A DNA stretch of 29,364 nt, taken from positions 1 through 29,364 of the forward strand of contig JAVYLZ010000001.1 in assembly GCA_038740245.1 (NCBI GenBank). Direction: 5' to 3'. Made by a program: the position numbers and the translations under genes. This document shows positions 1 to 8,781 of the stretch, piece after piece. This stretch comes from Candidatus Micrarchaeia archaeon. Its GTDB lineage: Archaea; Micrarchaeota; Micrarchaeia; CAILAH01. Numbering within the stretch: the first letter of the stretch is position 1; every line of letters begins with the position of its first letter. The notes under the pieces are model-generated. The model did not search any database. It had not been told where the DNA came from and saw only the letters and a program-made list of their open reading frames with translations.

Positions 1-81
1 CGGCGCTTTTTATGCAGTATGTGCGCTTCAAGAGCCAGGGCCCCGTATTGAGCATTAAAATATTCCTTACCTAATTATCAC

Positions 82-1242
82 ATGCACCTTTATCAGAAGC
101 ACTCGCCCTCAAGCCTTGGCGAGTTTGCAGGCAACCCGCAGGCGGTGGAAGAGGCCAGGACGTGGGCACTGCAGTTTGAGGCGGGCAAGCCGCAGAAGCC
201 GCTTCTGATTTACGGCCCGCCGGGTATAGGGAAGACAGCGCTTGCCTACGCGCTGGCAAAAGAGATGGGCTGGGAAATCCTTGAGTTCAATGCGTCGGAC
301 ACGCGCAACAAGAATGAAGTTGAGCGGATTATGGGTGCGGCTAGCAATTCGGCAGGCCTGTTTTCGCGGCACCGGCTTATACTTATAGATGAGGTTGACG
401 GGCTGCAGGGGACGGCGGACCGCGGCGGCGCCTCGGCAATTGCAGAGCTTGCCAAGAATGCGCGGCAGCCGCTTATCCTGATAGCCAACGACGGGTGGGA
501 CCGTAAGCTTGCCCCGTTAAGGCAGTATTGCAAGTTCATAGAGATGAAGAAGGTCAACAAGCGCACGGTTGAGTCGGTAATTGCGCGGATAGCGCGTGAG
601 GAGCAGATTGGGCTTGGGGACGGCGATGCTGCCCGCATTGCAGATGACAGTGACGGCGACCTGCGCTCCGCAATAATTGACCTGCAGGCGCGCCTGCCCG
701 GCTCGCAGCGCGACAGGGACAAGATGATATTTGAGTGCGTGCGCCAGCTCTTTAAGGCAACGACATATGCGGATGCGATGGAATCGTTCAACGGCACAAC
801 GCTTGACCACGACACCGTAAAGCTGTGGATTGAGCAGAACATCGCGCTTGAGTATGAGCAGCCGGAGGAGATTGCGCGCGCATACGATTTCCTGTCGCGC
901 GCGGACATCTTTGACGGGCGCATAAGCAGGCGGCAGGCCTGGAAGCTGCTCAAGTACAGCATGGTGCTCTCACGCGCCGGTGTTGCACTCTCAAAAAATG
1001 GCAGGTACCACAAGTTTGTCAAGTATGAGTTCCCGTCATTTCTCAGGTCCATGTCCACAACCTCAGAAAAGCGTGCGGTGCGCAAATCGGTGCTGAGGAA
1101 AATAATGCGGAAATGCCACGTCTCGCTTTCTGATGCCGAAGGGTATCTTCCGCTCATAGCCGCGGCCGAGAAGAAGGGGCATTCGCTTGCGGCGTTTTTT
1201 GAGCTTGACGAGGATGAGCTTGCGTTTGTGCGGAGGGAATAG
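82..1242 (+). CDS. rfcL: Replication factor C large subunit
   Basis: Walker A GPPGIGKT, ILEFNASDTR, Walker B LIDEVD, GDLRSAIIDLQ sensor, FLSRADIF and W-x-L-x-K-Y motifs typical of archaeal RFC-L. Confidence 0.95.
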   Translation: MHLYQKHSPSSLGEFAGNPQAVEEARTWALQFEAGKPQKPLLIYGPPGIGKTALAYALAKEMGWEILEFNASDTRNKNEVERIMGAASNSAGLFSRHRLILIDEVDGLQGTADRGGASAIAELAKNARQPLILIANDGWDRKLAPLRQYCKFIEMKKVNKRTVESVIARIAREEQIGLGDGDAARIADDSDGDLRSAIIDLQARLPGSQRDRDKMIFECVRQLFKATTYADAMESFNGTTLDHDTVKLWIEQNIALEYEQPEEIARAYDFLSRADIFDGRISRRQAWKLLKYSMVLSRAGVALSKNGRYHKFVKYEFPSFLRSMSTTSEKRAVRKSVLRKIMRKCHVSLSDAEGYLPLIAAAEKKGHSLAAFFELDEDELAFVRRE

Positions 1243-1379
1243 CCAGCAGAGGCGGGATATGTGCGTGATGAGCTTGTGGTATGTAGGGGCGGCGGGCTGG
1301 ATGGGCATGCATTTATGCAGTTCTGTGAAGCCCTAGTGTGTTCGTATGGGGGGCACAGCCCATTGTAGGATGTGATGGC

Positions 1380-1784
1380 ATGCGCAGGATAGCTGCAGAC
1401 GCAGTGGTGATTCATAAGGGAAAGGTTTTGCTAATCAGGCGCCGGAACCCTCCATTTAAGGGCATGCTGGCACTGCCTGGCGGCATGCTTGAGGATAATG
1501 AAACGCTTGAGCAGTGTGCAGTGCGTGAGGCCCGTGAAGAGGCAGGGGCAGTGGTCCGGCCGCTGCGGCTGGTGGGCGTGTACTCGCATCCGAAGAGGGA
1601 TCCGCGGGGGACAGTTTCGGTAGCGTTCAGGTGCAAGTTTACCGGCGGCACACTCTCGGCGGGAAGCGATGCGGCCTCCGTGCAGTGGGTCCCGGTAAAC
1701 AGGCTGCCCAAGCTTGCGTTTGACCATAACAACATCATCAGGGATTCTCTTGCAAGAAGAAGCGGTGTGAGGGTGAATATTTGA
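1380..1784 (+). CDS. Nudix hydrolase (ADP-ribose pyrophosphatase-like)
   Basis: Nudix box GGMLEDNETLEQCAVREAREEAG plus RDPR, AGSDA and LAFDH motifs; ATG at 1380 preferred over the upstream GTG at 1338. Confidence 0.92.
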   Translation: MRRIAADAVVIHKGKVLLIRRRNPPFKGMLALPGGMLEDNETLEQCAVREAREEAGAVVRPLRLVGVYSHPKRDPRGTVSVAFRCKFTGGTLSAGSDAASVQWVPVNRLPKLAFDHNNIIRDSLARRSGVRVNI

Positions 1785-3841
1785 AAGCAGTTTTAAAAAT
1801 TGCACTTGCAGTTGCCTTGCTTTTCTGCATAGCATACCCTCAAAACCCCGCGTTTAACCCGATGCGCACAGAATGGCTTTCAGCGATGCTGGTAAATGAG
1901 GGCTCGGTATCAGCAACTTCAGGCGAAGTATACGATGTCCAGCTCAACATCTCAATACCGCAGGAGACGGCCTACCAAGCAGTCCGTGTTGATGCGCCGG
2001 CGCATTCTACCATCACCACTAACCGGGACAATACGGTAATTGCGATTGGGAGCGGCCCTGAAAAGGCCAGGGTTTTCAATTACAGGGTGGTCTCATATAC
2101 GAATACAAGCGCGCGGCACACAAGCGCACTGCCAAAGTCATACTCTGCAGGCAGTGCATATGCAAAGTATATGCAGGAGAGCGCGCACATCGTAATTTCA
2201 GATGAGATTGGGCAGCAGGCAAGAAACATAACCCGGCACTATACTGAGGACATTGACAAGGTTGCGGCACTTGCAGTTTGGGTCAACAAAAACATGCGGT
2301 ATGACATCTCGCTTGTGGGAGGCAACCGCACATCACTTGATGCGTACAGGGACAGGGAAGGGGTATGTGTTGACTACACAAACCTCTTCATTGCGATGGC
2401 CCGCTCGCTTGGGTATCCTTCCCGCTCGGTGCTTGGGTACGTGTATTCTCCAGATTATGGCTGGCAGCTGCACGCATGGGCTGAAGTGTACATCGGTGAA
2501 TGGGTGGGTGTTGACCCAACCTGGCTTGAGGCGGGATATATTGATGCGACACACATACCTATGCATTTTAGTGAGGATACAGAATATATCCAATACGCAA
2601 ATGCATACGTGACAGATCGTGATGCAGACATCATCTGGAGCGGGCGCGGCTCGCTTGGCCAGGAGGCCGAGGGCATAACCATACAGGAGTTTAAGGTTTC
2701 TGAGATGCCGTATACGGTGCTGCCACCCCCGCCCAACCTCACTTCTGGGAGCACTGCTGCGATCATCCTTAATGTGAACAGCCCGGACTACAGGATATTT
2801 ACTATGACCGTCTCGCCTTGCACAGGTGTGCAGGAGATTGTTAATTTTCAGGAGAGGTCAATAACAAAATTCCTTCACCCGGGCATGAATAACATAATTA
2901 TGCCGTTTTCCGTGCCAAGCGGCCTGAATGACGCGTATGTTTACACGTGCCCAATTGTAATTTCACACAGTTTTGGTACAGATACAGTAACTGTTAATGT
3001 TGTGCCGGGCACAGCGAAATCTCCGCTAACCGCCCAGCTTTCATCGCTTAATGCCACCGATGCAGTCATAAGAATAATCTCAGTTAACGGCGGCGAGATC
3101 ACAATAATAAGCGACCGCGCAATGGAGGGTGTTACGCTGCCCCCATCGTTTACGTATGCCTATAATGTGAATATGACCGGAAGGCGTGAGACGAGGGTGG
3201 CGGTGCAGAGCGGCTCATGGTCCGATGTAATCATAATCACAAGCCCAGGTGCAAGCCCGCTCACAGGCCAGCCTTATAGCATAACATCGCTTTCAGTGAG
3301 CGCGTATATCCCTTCAGATAAAGTTGGTCGGTTGGAGGCCGCAATTGATGCATCACAGGATATGCAGCCGTTTTCCGTGAAAATATACGAGGACGGGCAA
3401 CTGGTTTTCAGTGAGCGGCCTGCAGGTCCGCCATATCGCATTGATTATGAGATAAGCCCCCGTGCGCCCGGCAGGCATACGGGGCGCATGGTGCTGGACA
3501 GCGGGTTTGAGCAGTACGAGCACCCGTTCAGTTACGAGGTATTTGAGCCCAAGCTTGGCATTGCGCGCATTGAGGAAGGCGGCGTTTACAGGTTTGAGGT
3601 GAGCGGCCCCTACAAGTCATACACGCTGTATGTTGACGGTGAAAAAATTAATCCCAAGGCGGGCGTGCGCCTTAAGCACGGGATGCACAGTATGCGCGTT
3701 GAATGGGTAGACCTTGCAGGGTACAGCCGTGTGCATACAGAGGAATTTGACAGCAGCCCGCTGGCTGGCTGCATCACGCCGGCGGCCGTGCTTATGTTCT
3801 GTGCAGTTGCTCTGTTTGCGTACTTATGGTACAGGAAATAG
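1781..3841 (+). CDS. Secreted/membrane-anchored transglutaminase-like (Cys-His-Asp) protein
   Basis: N-terminal signal peptide, GVCVDY, HAWAEVY and GVDPTW triad motifs, beta-rich C-terminal region, C-terminal TM helix with basic tail; TTG start overlaps the Nudix stop (TTGA). Confidence 0.88.
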   Translation: MKAVLKIALAVALLFCIAYPQNPAFNPMRTEWLSAMLVNEGSVSATSGEVYDVQLNISIPQETAYQAVRVDAPAHSTITTNRDNTVIAIGSGPEKARVFNYRVVSYTNTSARHTSALPKSYSAGSAYAKYMQESAHIVISDEIGQQARNITRHYTEDIDKVAALAVWVNKNMRYDISLVGGNRTSLDAYRDREGVCVDYTNLFIAMARSLGYPSRSVLGYVYSPDYGWQLHAWAEVYIGEWVGVDPTWLEAGYIDATHIPMHFSEDTEYIQYANAYVTDRDADIIWSGRGSLGQEAEGITIQEFKVSEMPYTVLPPPPNLTSGSTAAIILNVNSPDYRIFTMTVSPCTGVQEIVNFQERSITKFLHPGMNNIIMPFSVPSGLNDAYVYTCPIVISHSFGTDTVTVNVVPGTAKSPLTAQLSSLNATDAVIRIISVNGGEITIISDRAMEGVTLPPSFTYAYNVNMTGRRETRVAVQSGSWSDVIIITSPGASPLTGQPYSITSLSVSAYIPSDKVGRLEAAIDASQDMQPFSVKIYEDGQLVFSERPAGPPYRIDYEISPRAPGRHTGRMVLDSGFEQYEHPFSYEVFEPKLGIARIEEGGVYRFEVSGPYKSYTLYVDGEKINPKAGVRLKHGMHSMRVEWVDLAGYSRVHTEEFDSSPLAGCITPAAVLMFCAVALFAYLWYRK

Positions 3842-3899
3842 ACTGTTTTGCATTCCTATTTTAATACTTGCTTGCAAATAGTTTGTGGTGGTGTTGTAT

Positions 3900-5354
3900 A
3901 TGAAAGAGCCGAAGATAGAAGTGTGCAGCAAGCCAGCAGAAGGGCATCTTAAGGTCATGTTTGCATCCTCGGAAAAAGGAAAGGCGGTTTTTGAAAAGGG
4001 GCATGCGCAGTTTACAGCGCCAGTCATCCCAAAGGGTTCGGATTTCAGCGGCAAGCAGGGCGAGAGCCTCTACTTGTCCGGTGTGCTGCTTATCGGCCTT
4101 GGTGAAAAGGGCAAGCTTTTGCCGAGGGGCGTGCGCAGCGTGCCCCAGCAGGTGCTTGGTGCAGCCTCATTCCTGAGGAGCAGGGGGGTTAGCATTGACT
4201 GCTCGGCACTCGGCCCGCTTCACGCAAAAAACCTTGCCTATGCATTTGCCGTTAAGGTGCACAAGAGCGGCCAGTTCAAGTCAAAAAAGGATGATGATGA
4301 GGAAGGCAAGCAGGAGCTTGAGCGTGTTGAGCTTGTCTGTGCAAAGGAGGATACCGCCGTGGCGGCAAGGGATGGTTTGGCGATAGCATCACACGTAAAT
4401 TATGCGCGCGACCTGTGCAACACTCCCGCGAACATTGCAACTCCCAAGTATATGGCTGCGAAGGCACGCGAGCTTGCAAAGTCGGGAGGGCTTGTGTACA
4501 AGGAGCTTTCAAAGGATGATATGAAGAAGCTGGGCATGAACGCACTGCTTGCGGTCTCAGCGGGCAGTGCACAGGAGCCGGTGCTCCCCATACTGGAATA
4601 CCGCCATAAGAATGCAAAGAGAACGGTTGTGGTTGTAGGGAAAGGCATAACGTTTGACAGCGGTGGCATCTCGCTTAAGCCGAGCAGGGACATGGACCAC
4701 ATGAAGTTTGACAAGAGCGGCGCCTGCGCAGTGCTGGGCATAATGTCCGCAGTGGCGCAGCTGAAGCCGCAGGTCAATGTTATCGGCCTGCTGCCGTGCA
4801 CCGAGAATATGCCCGGCGGCCGCGCGTCAAAGCCGGGCGATATAGTCAAGGCCTACAACGGCAAGACGATTGAGATACTTAACACCGATGCAGAGGGCCG
4901 GCTTATATTGGCTGATGCGATTGCATACGCAGAGGAGAAGTACAAGCCGGATTACATAATTGACCTGGCCACGCTTACCGGTGCATGCGTTGTGGCGCTT
5001 GGGTCTTATGCGAGCGGCCTGATGGCAAATGATGCAGCATTTGAAGAGATAATACGGAAGGCATCTGAAAACGGGTTTGATGAAGTGTGGCCGCTGCCAA
5101 TGTGGGATGAATATGCAGAATTGGTGAAGGGCAAGTTTGCGGATTTGCGCAATGTAACCAATCTTGGCGAGGCTGGCACCATTACCGCCGCGTGCTTCCT
5201 AAAATCGTTTGTATCAAAGGCAAAGTGGGCGCACCTTGATATTGCAGGGACGGCGTACCGCACGCGCGCAATACCGCCCGTTGAAAACGGTGCGACCGGT
5301 GCCGGTGTCTCGCTTGTTGTTGAGTCAATACGGCTTCTTGAGAAGGAGAAATAG
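3900..5354 (+). CDS. pepA: Leucyl aminopeptidase, family M17
   Basis: GKGITFDSGG, MKFDKSGA, NTDAEGRL, DLATLTGA, WAHLDIAG motifs; ATG 3900 chosen (GTG 3885 possible). Confidence 0.96.
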   Translation: MKEPKIEVCSKPAEGHLKVMFASSEKGKAVFEKGHAQFTAPVIPKGSDFSGKQGESLYLSGVLLIGLGEKGKLLPRGVRSVPQQVLGAASFLRSRGVSIDCSALGPLHAKNLAYAFAVKVHKSGQFKSKKDDDEEGKQELERVELVCAKEDTAVAARDGLAIASHVNYARDLCNTPANIATPKYMAAKARELAKSGGLVYKELSKDDMKKLGMNALLAVSAGSAQEPVLPILEYRHKNAKRTVVVVGKGITFDSGGISLKPSRDMDHMKFDKSGACAVLGIMSAVAQLKPQVNVIGLLPCTENMPGGRASKPGDIVKAYNGKTIEILNTDAEGRLILADAIAYAEEKYKPDYIIDLATLTGACVVALGSYASGLMANDAAFEEIIRKASENGFDEVWPLPMWDEYAELVKGKFADLRNVTNLGEAGTITAACFLKSFVSKAKWAHLDIAGTAYRTRAIPPVENGATGAGVSLVVESIRLLEKEK

Positions 5355-5357
5355 CAC

Positions 5358-5375
5358 TTTTTTTCAGCTGTTTTT
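5358..5375 (+). terminator. Oligo-T terminator-like tract after pepA
   Basis: T7 and T5 runs directly after the stop codon; archaeal oligo-T termination (inferred). Confidence 0.45.
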
Positions 5376-5376
5376 A

Positions 5377-5451
5377 TTCCAGGGGCTGGAAGCCCAACTT
5401 CAATTTTGCGCAGCAAAATTACCGGGGGTTCCAGGGGCTGGAAGCCCCTGG
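5377..5451. repeat. 19-bp direct repeat with intervening and overlapping palindromes
   Basis: ttccaggggctggaagccc at 5377-5395 and 5429-5447; aattttgc-gca-gcaaaatt at 5402-5420; ccaggggct-gga-agcccctgg at 5431-5451. Confidence 0.9.
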
Positions 5452-5805
5452 GAGCAGGCGGTTGTAGGCCGCCTTTTGTTCGCTTTTCCCGAAGGAAAAG
5501 GTGACAGCATTGGTCTAAGCGCACATAAGTGCTTGCACGCTCACAGCCCTGATAAGCAATGATCGTTTCACCCTAACCGCGCCGAAGTCGCATGCGCTCA
5601 TTCCATATGGCACGGCAGGTTGCGTTTCTGTTCATTGCCCCGCGCATTAGCACGGCCTGGGCTCTGCGTGGGCGGACCTTCCTCAATCGCTTTCTTTCGG
5701 TGCGCACGAGCGGATCAAGATCCGTGCTTTCCAAAGAAAGCGATGCCAAAGAAATGGCATTCGTGCGCAGGAAGCAAGCAACCGTAAGCTGTCCCCCGCC
5801 CGCTC
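5452..5805 (-). ncRNA. rnpB: Archaeal RNase P RNA (type M-like, expanded P3)
   Basis: Minus strand reads GAGGAAGGUCCGCCCAC (CR-I), ACAGAAAC (CR-II), GUGAAAC (CR-III) and AACAAAAGGCGGCCUAC (CR-V). P4 AGG-U-CCGCC/GGCGGCCU has the bulged U. P1 is GAGCGGGCGG/CCGCCUGCUC, P2 GACAGC/GCUGUC, P5 CACGC/GCGUG, and P19 carries a C(UUCG)G loop. Confidence 0.96.
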
Positions 5806-5828
5806 GGACTAATTTGGCGCACTCTTGG

Positions 5829-5840
5829 TATTTAAGCTTT
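5829..5840 (-). promoter_or_regulatory. BRE/TATA promoter of rnpB
   Basis: Minus-strand AAAGC-TTAAATA about 25 nt upstream of the P1 5' end. Confidence 0.7.
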
Positions 5841-5914
5841 AATGTGCCATTCCTGCATGCGAAAAGGCAACGCAGGCGAGCAAATCCAAAAGCGGCGGCA
5901 AAAGGTTGATTTTG

Positions 5915-7108
5915 ATGGAGAAAAGGGCTAACGCTAAGGAAACAATCCAAGAGAAAGAAGGCAAGAGGAATGTATTGCTTTTGGGCATCACAAGCTTCAT
6001 CAACGATTTCAGCAGCGAGATGGTTATGCCCATACTCCCTATGTTCCTTGCATCGCTTGGTGCATCCCCAGTATTTATTGGCCTAATTGGCGGTGTGCGC
6101 GACGCGCTTACAAACGTGCTCAAGCTCCTGTTCGGCCACTACTCGGACAATATTGGGAAAAGGATGCCTTTCATTTATGCGGGCTACATCAACTCTGCTA
6201 TATGGAAGATAGCGCTTGCGTTTTCCACGTCCGCGTGGTTCGCGCTTGCCGCAGTTTCGCTTGAGCGGCTCGGCAAGGGGATACGCGATGCGCCGCGCGA
6301 CGCAATGATAGGCCAGCTTATGCCGAAAAAGACAGGTGCGGGCTTTGGGCTGCACCAGGCGCTTGACACAGGCGGTGCACTGCTCGGCTCAATTGTAGTT
6401 GCCGTTGTAATGCTGCTTATGCAGGTTGACTACTGGGTAATAATTGCAGCTGCAGGCTCGCTAACATTCCTTACTGTGATACCCCTGCTGGCGGTACGCG
6501 AGCCAAAATTCAGGCCGCGCAACAACAATTTCAACCTGTCGGAAATAAAAAATGCAATCCCACCCCACCTTGCATTATTCATAGCAATCTCATCGGTGTT
6601 CGCGCTCGCCAACTTCAGCTATATGTTTTTCATAATGAAGGCCCAGCTCACTGAGGGCCCAGTGATCCCCATACTTTTGTACATCCTGTTTAATTTCTCG
6701 TTTGCACTCCTGTCCTACCCGATAGGGAAGTATGCCGACAAGGTCGGCAAGCGCAGCGTGCTTATGGCAGGGTATCTCCTGTTCGCACTTGTATCGCTTG
6801 GCTTTGCGCTCGGCACATCGCTGGCATTTTACATACCTCTTTTCATCATATATGGCATTTCATTTGCGACGGTCTCAGGCACACAGAAAGCTTATGCCAG
6901 TGATATGGCGCCAAAGGAGCTGAAAGGCACGGCAATCGGCACATTCCAAATGATTACCGGCCTCATCGCAATACCTGCAGGCCTAATCGCAGGCACAATA
7001 TGGGAGTCGTTTGCGCCTGAATACACATTCTACTTTGGGTTCGCAGCCGCCACAATCGCTGCACTGATGCTGGTGCTTGTTATGCCGCCTGAAAAGCAAG
7101 AACATTAA
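5915..7108 (+). CDS. Major facilitator superfamily transporter
   Basis: About 12 hydrophobic segments, motif A in both halves (GHYSDNIGKR, GKYADKVGKR), RLGKGIRDAPRDA. Confidence 0.95.
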   Translation: MEKRANAKETIQEKEGKRNVLLLGITSFINDFSSEMVMPILPMFLASLGASPVFIGLIGGVRDALTNVLKLLFGHYSDNIGKRMPFIYAGYINSAIWKIALAFSTSAWFALAAVSLERLGKGIRDAPRDAMIGQLMPKKTGAGFGLHQALDTGGALLGSIVVAVVMLLMQVDYWVIIAAAGSLTFLTVIPLLAVREPKFRPRNNNFNLSEIKNAIPPHLALFIAISSVFALANFSYMFFIMKAQLTEGPVIPILLYILFNFSFALLSYPIGKYADKVGKRSVLMAGYLLFALVSLGFALGTSLAFYIPLFIIYGISFATVSGTQKAYASDMAPKELKGTAIGTFQMITGLIAIPAGLIAGTIWESFAPEYTFYFGFAAATIAALMLVLVMPPEKQEH

Positions 7109-7138
7109 GTGGCTGTAATTGCTGGGTGCGCCCCCATT

Positions 7139-8161
7139 TTATATCCTGTACCTGAGTAGCGCAATCGCGCCGCCGAACGCGCGGACCCGCTCGGCAAACT
7201 GGCTTTCTGTGGGCACAATCCGTATCTCGCCGCCTGCATTTTTCACTTTCTCAAGCAGGGATTCGTATTTTGGGTCCTCACGCACAAGCGTGTCAACCAT
7301 AATCAGCACTGAGATTGCGCCAGCATCGGCCGCCTGCTCAAGCTGCTTTATACCGTAAGCAGCAAGCCCGTCCCCCTTTGCAGCGCTCTTCAGGAACTTC
7401 TCTATATGGCCCAAAACGGAATGTGCAAGCTCGCCTTCAAGTATGCCCGCCAGCTCGGGGCTCTTAAGGACCTCATACACACCGCTTCGCTCGGCGTTTG
7501 ATGCACTCACGAGTTTCACGCGTGCCGCCACTTTGGGGTTTTCAGCACGCAGTTTTTTTAGGAGGTTCTCCTTGGCAAAGCCCGGCCCGCCAAGCACGAT
7601 TATCCCATCAGTCTTTTCAATCTCCTTGATTACCTCACTGAAAAACTCGCCCGTTTCAATCTCCTTATCCTTTTTCTTTGCGCGGTTCTCAAGCTCAAGC
7701 CCAAATTCAATGCCGTACTGCCTGAGCGATGCAAACACCGCATTCTCATTGTCCACGAGCACTATTGTCACGATGCTGCGCCTGCTTGCCTCCACCGCCT
7801 CGCGTATCCTGTCAAGTTCATATGTTTTCCACTGTTTTTCTATTTTTATCTCAGTGCCGGTTTCAACATCAATTGTGTGGTACGTGCCCAACGGCGCAAT
7901 ATCCTCTGGGGTAATCTGTGTTATCCTGCCGGTTATGCGCAGGCAGTTTGAGTGCTTGTGAAGCTCAACCTTCTCAGCGCTCACACTCACGTTAACGCCC
8001 ACGCGCTGCTCGGTGCTGCTGCCGGAAGGCTTGTACTTGCGCGTGCTCCTAGCGCGCACAACTGCACCTTCAGTGATTATTTTTGAAAGGTGCCACAAGT
8101 CCTCAAACGTTTCAGGGACCGCAGACACAATGCCTTCCTTTTGGCTGATCCTTGCAATCAT
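7139..8161 (-). CDS. pelA: Pelota (Dom34) ribosome-rescue factor
   Basis: PETFEDLWHL, LRITGRI, LGTYHTIDV, GPGFAK, YG..., FGGAIALLRY motifs. Confidence 0.96.
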   Translation of the reverse strand: MIARISQKEGIVSAVPETFEDLWHLSKIITEGAVVRARSTRKYKPSGSSTEQRVGVNVSVSAEKVELHKHSNCLRITGRITQITPEDIAPLGTYHTIDVETGTEIKIEKQWKTYELDRIREAVEASRRSIVTIVLVDNENAVFASLRQYGIEFGLELENRAKKKDKEIETGEFFSEVIKEIEKTDGIIVLGGPGFAKENLLKKLRAENPKVAARVKLVSASNAERSGVYEVLKSPELAGILEGELAHSVLGHIEKFLKSAAKGDGLAAYGIKQLEQAADAGAISVLIMVDTLVREDPKYESLLEKVKNAGGEIRIVPTESQFAERVRAFGGAIALLRYRI

Positions 8162-8197
8162 TGCTAATTATGTTGCTGTATAAGGTTATATTGCTGC

Positions 8198-8731
8198 CTA
8201 TTGGCGCTTCGCCCGCGCAACCCATAAACTAATCAGGGCGCACCACACGTGCATAAACAGGGGCGCCCAGGGAATATATGAAAGAAGCGATTTGTTCCAG
8301 CGCGCCACCAGCTCCCTGTGCAGTGCCCACTCGCGCTCATAATCCTTCAGGCAGGATTCCAGCTCTGCAATATCCTCAACCGAAGGGCGGCGGCCTGCAC
8401 CGCACGCGCGCGTGCTTAAGAGCGCTGCAGGGGCATTTGGATGCGGCCTGTGCATTGGGTATGCGCGGCACACGGCCGGCTTATATTCCTCAATGGTGCA
8501 CCTGCCGAGCCCATCATACTCAAGCAGTGCGCACTCACCGGTCGGCCTCCTGGCAAGCTCCATCTTATAATATGAGAGGCCGGCACGGAACGAGTCCGCC
8601 TTCCGCCCGGCTTTAATGAAGCGCACAAGCTTGCCCCTGCCGTTTTGCACAAGGAGGTATGCATCGGCTATTGACAGCGGTATGCTAAAGGAGTAGCAGC
8701 AGTCCGCCTTGCAGCCCCTGCACATGTCCAT
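8198..8731 (-). CDS. YkgJ / CxxCxxCC cysteine-cluster (Zn/Fe-S) protein
   Basis: CRGCKADCC ... ECALL ... RCTIEEYKPAVCRAYP pattern. Confidence 0.85.
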   Translation of the reverse strand: MDMCRGCKADCCYSFSIPLSIADAYLLVQNGRGKLVRFIKAGRKADSFRAGLSYYKMELARRPTGECALLEYDGLGRCTIEEYKPAVCRAYPMHRPHPNAPAALLSTRACGAGRRPSVEDIAELESCLKDYEREWALHRELVARWNKSLLSYIPWAPLFMHVWCALISLWVARAKRQ

Positions 8732-8781
8732 GAGCAGGAATTCACCTGAAACTTAATAAATAGCCCTCTTAAAAAATAGCG

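Noticed and set aside
1..81. Partial CDS at the window start
   Set aside because: Several frames are open over this short stretch; strand and frame cannot be determined
1243..1379. C/D-box sRNA (GTGATGA at 1265-1271)
   Set aside because: No CTGA D box at a suitable distance and no terminal stem
246..1415. Long antisense ORFs (e.g. 246-1415, 8668-9768, 17447-18100)
   Set aside because: Shadow frames of well-supported genes on the opposite strand; no motifs
5377..5447. Direct repeats as a mini-CRISPR or ORB origin boxes
   Set aside because: Only two 19-bp copies with a palindromic 33-bp spacer and no cas genes; the TTCCAG...CTGGAA spacing and G-string placement do not match ORB, and no cdc6 is in the window
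5701..5769. Cloverleaf as a tRNA gene
   Set aside because: No T-loop UUCRA, no D-loop GG, no 7-nt anticodon loop, 9-bp closing stem; it is embedded in RNase P P3
5573..5950. 125-aa (-) and 105-aa (+) ORFs over 5573-5950
   Set aside because: They overlap the RNase P RNA gene; spurious frames
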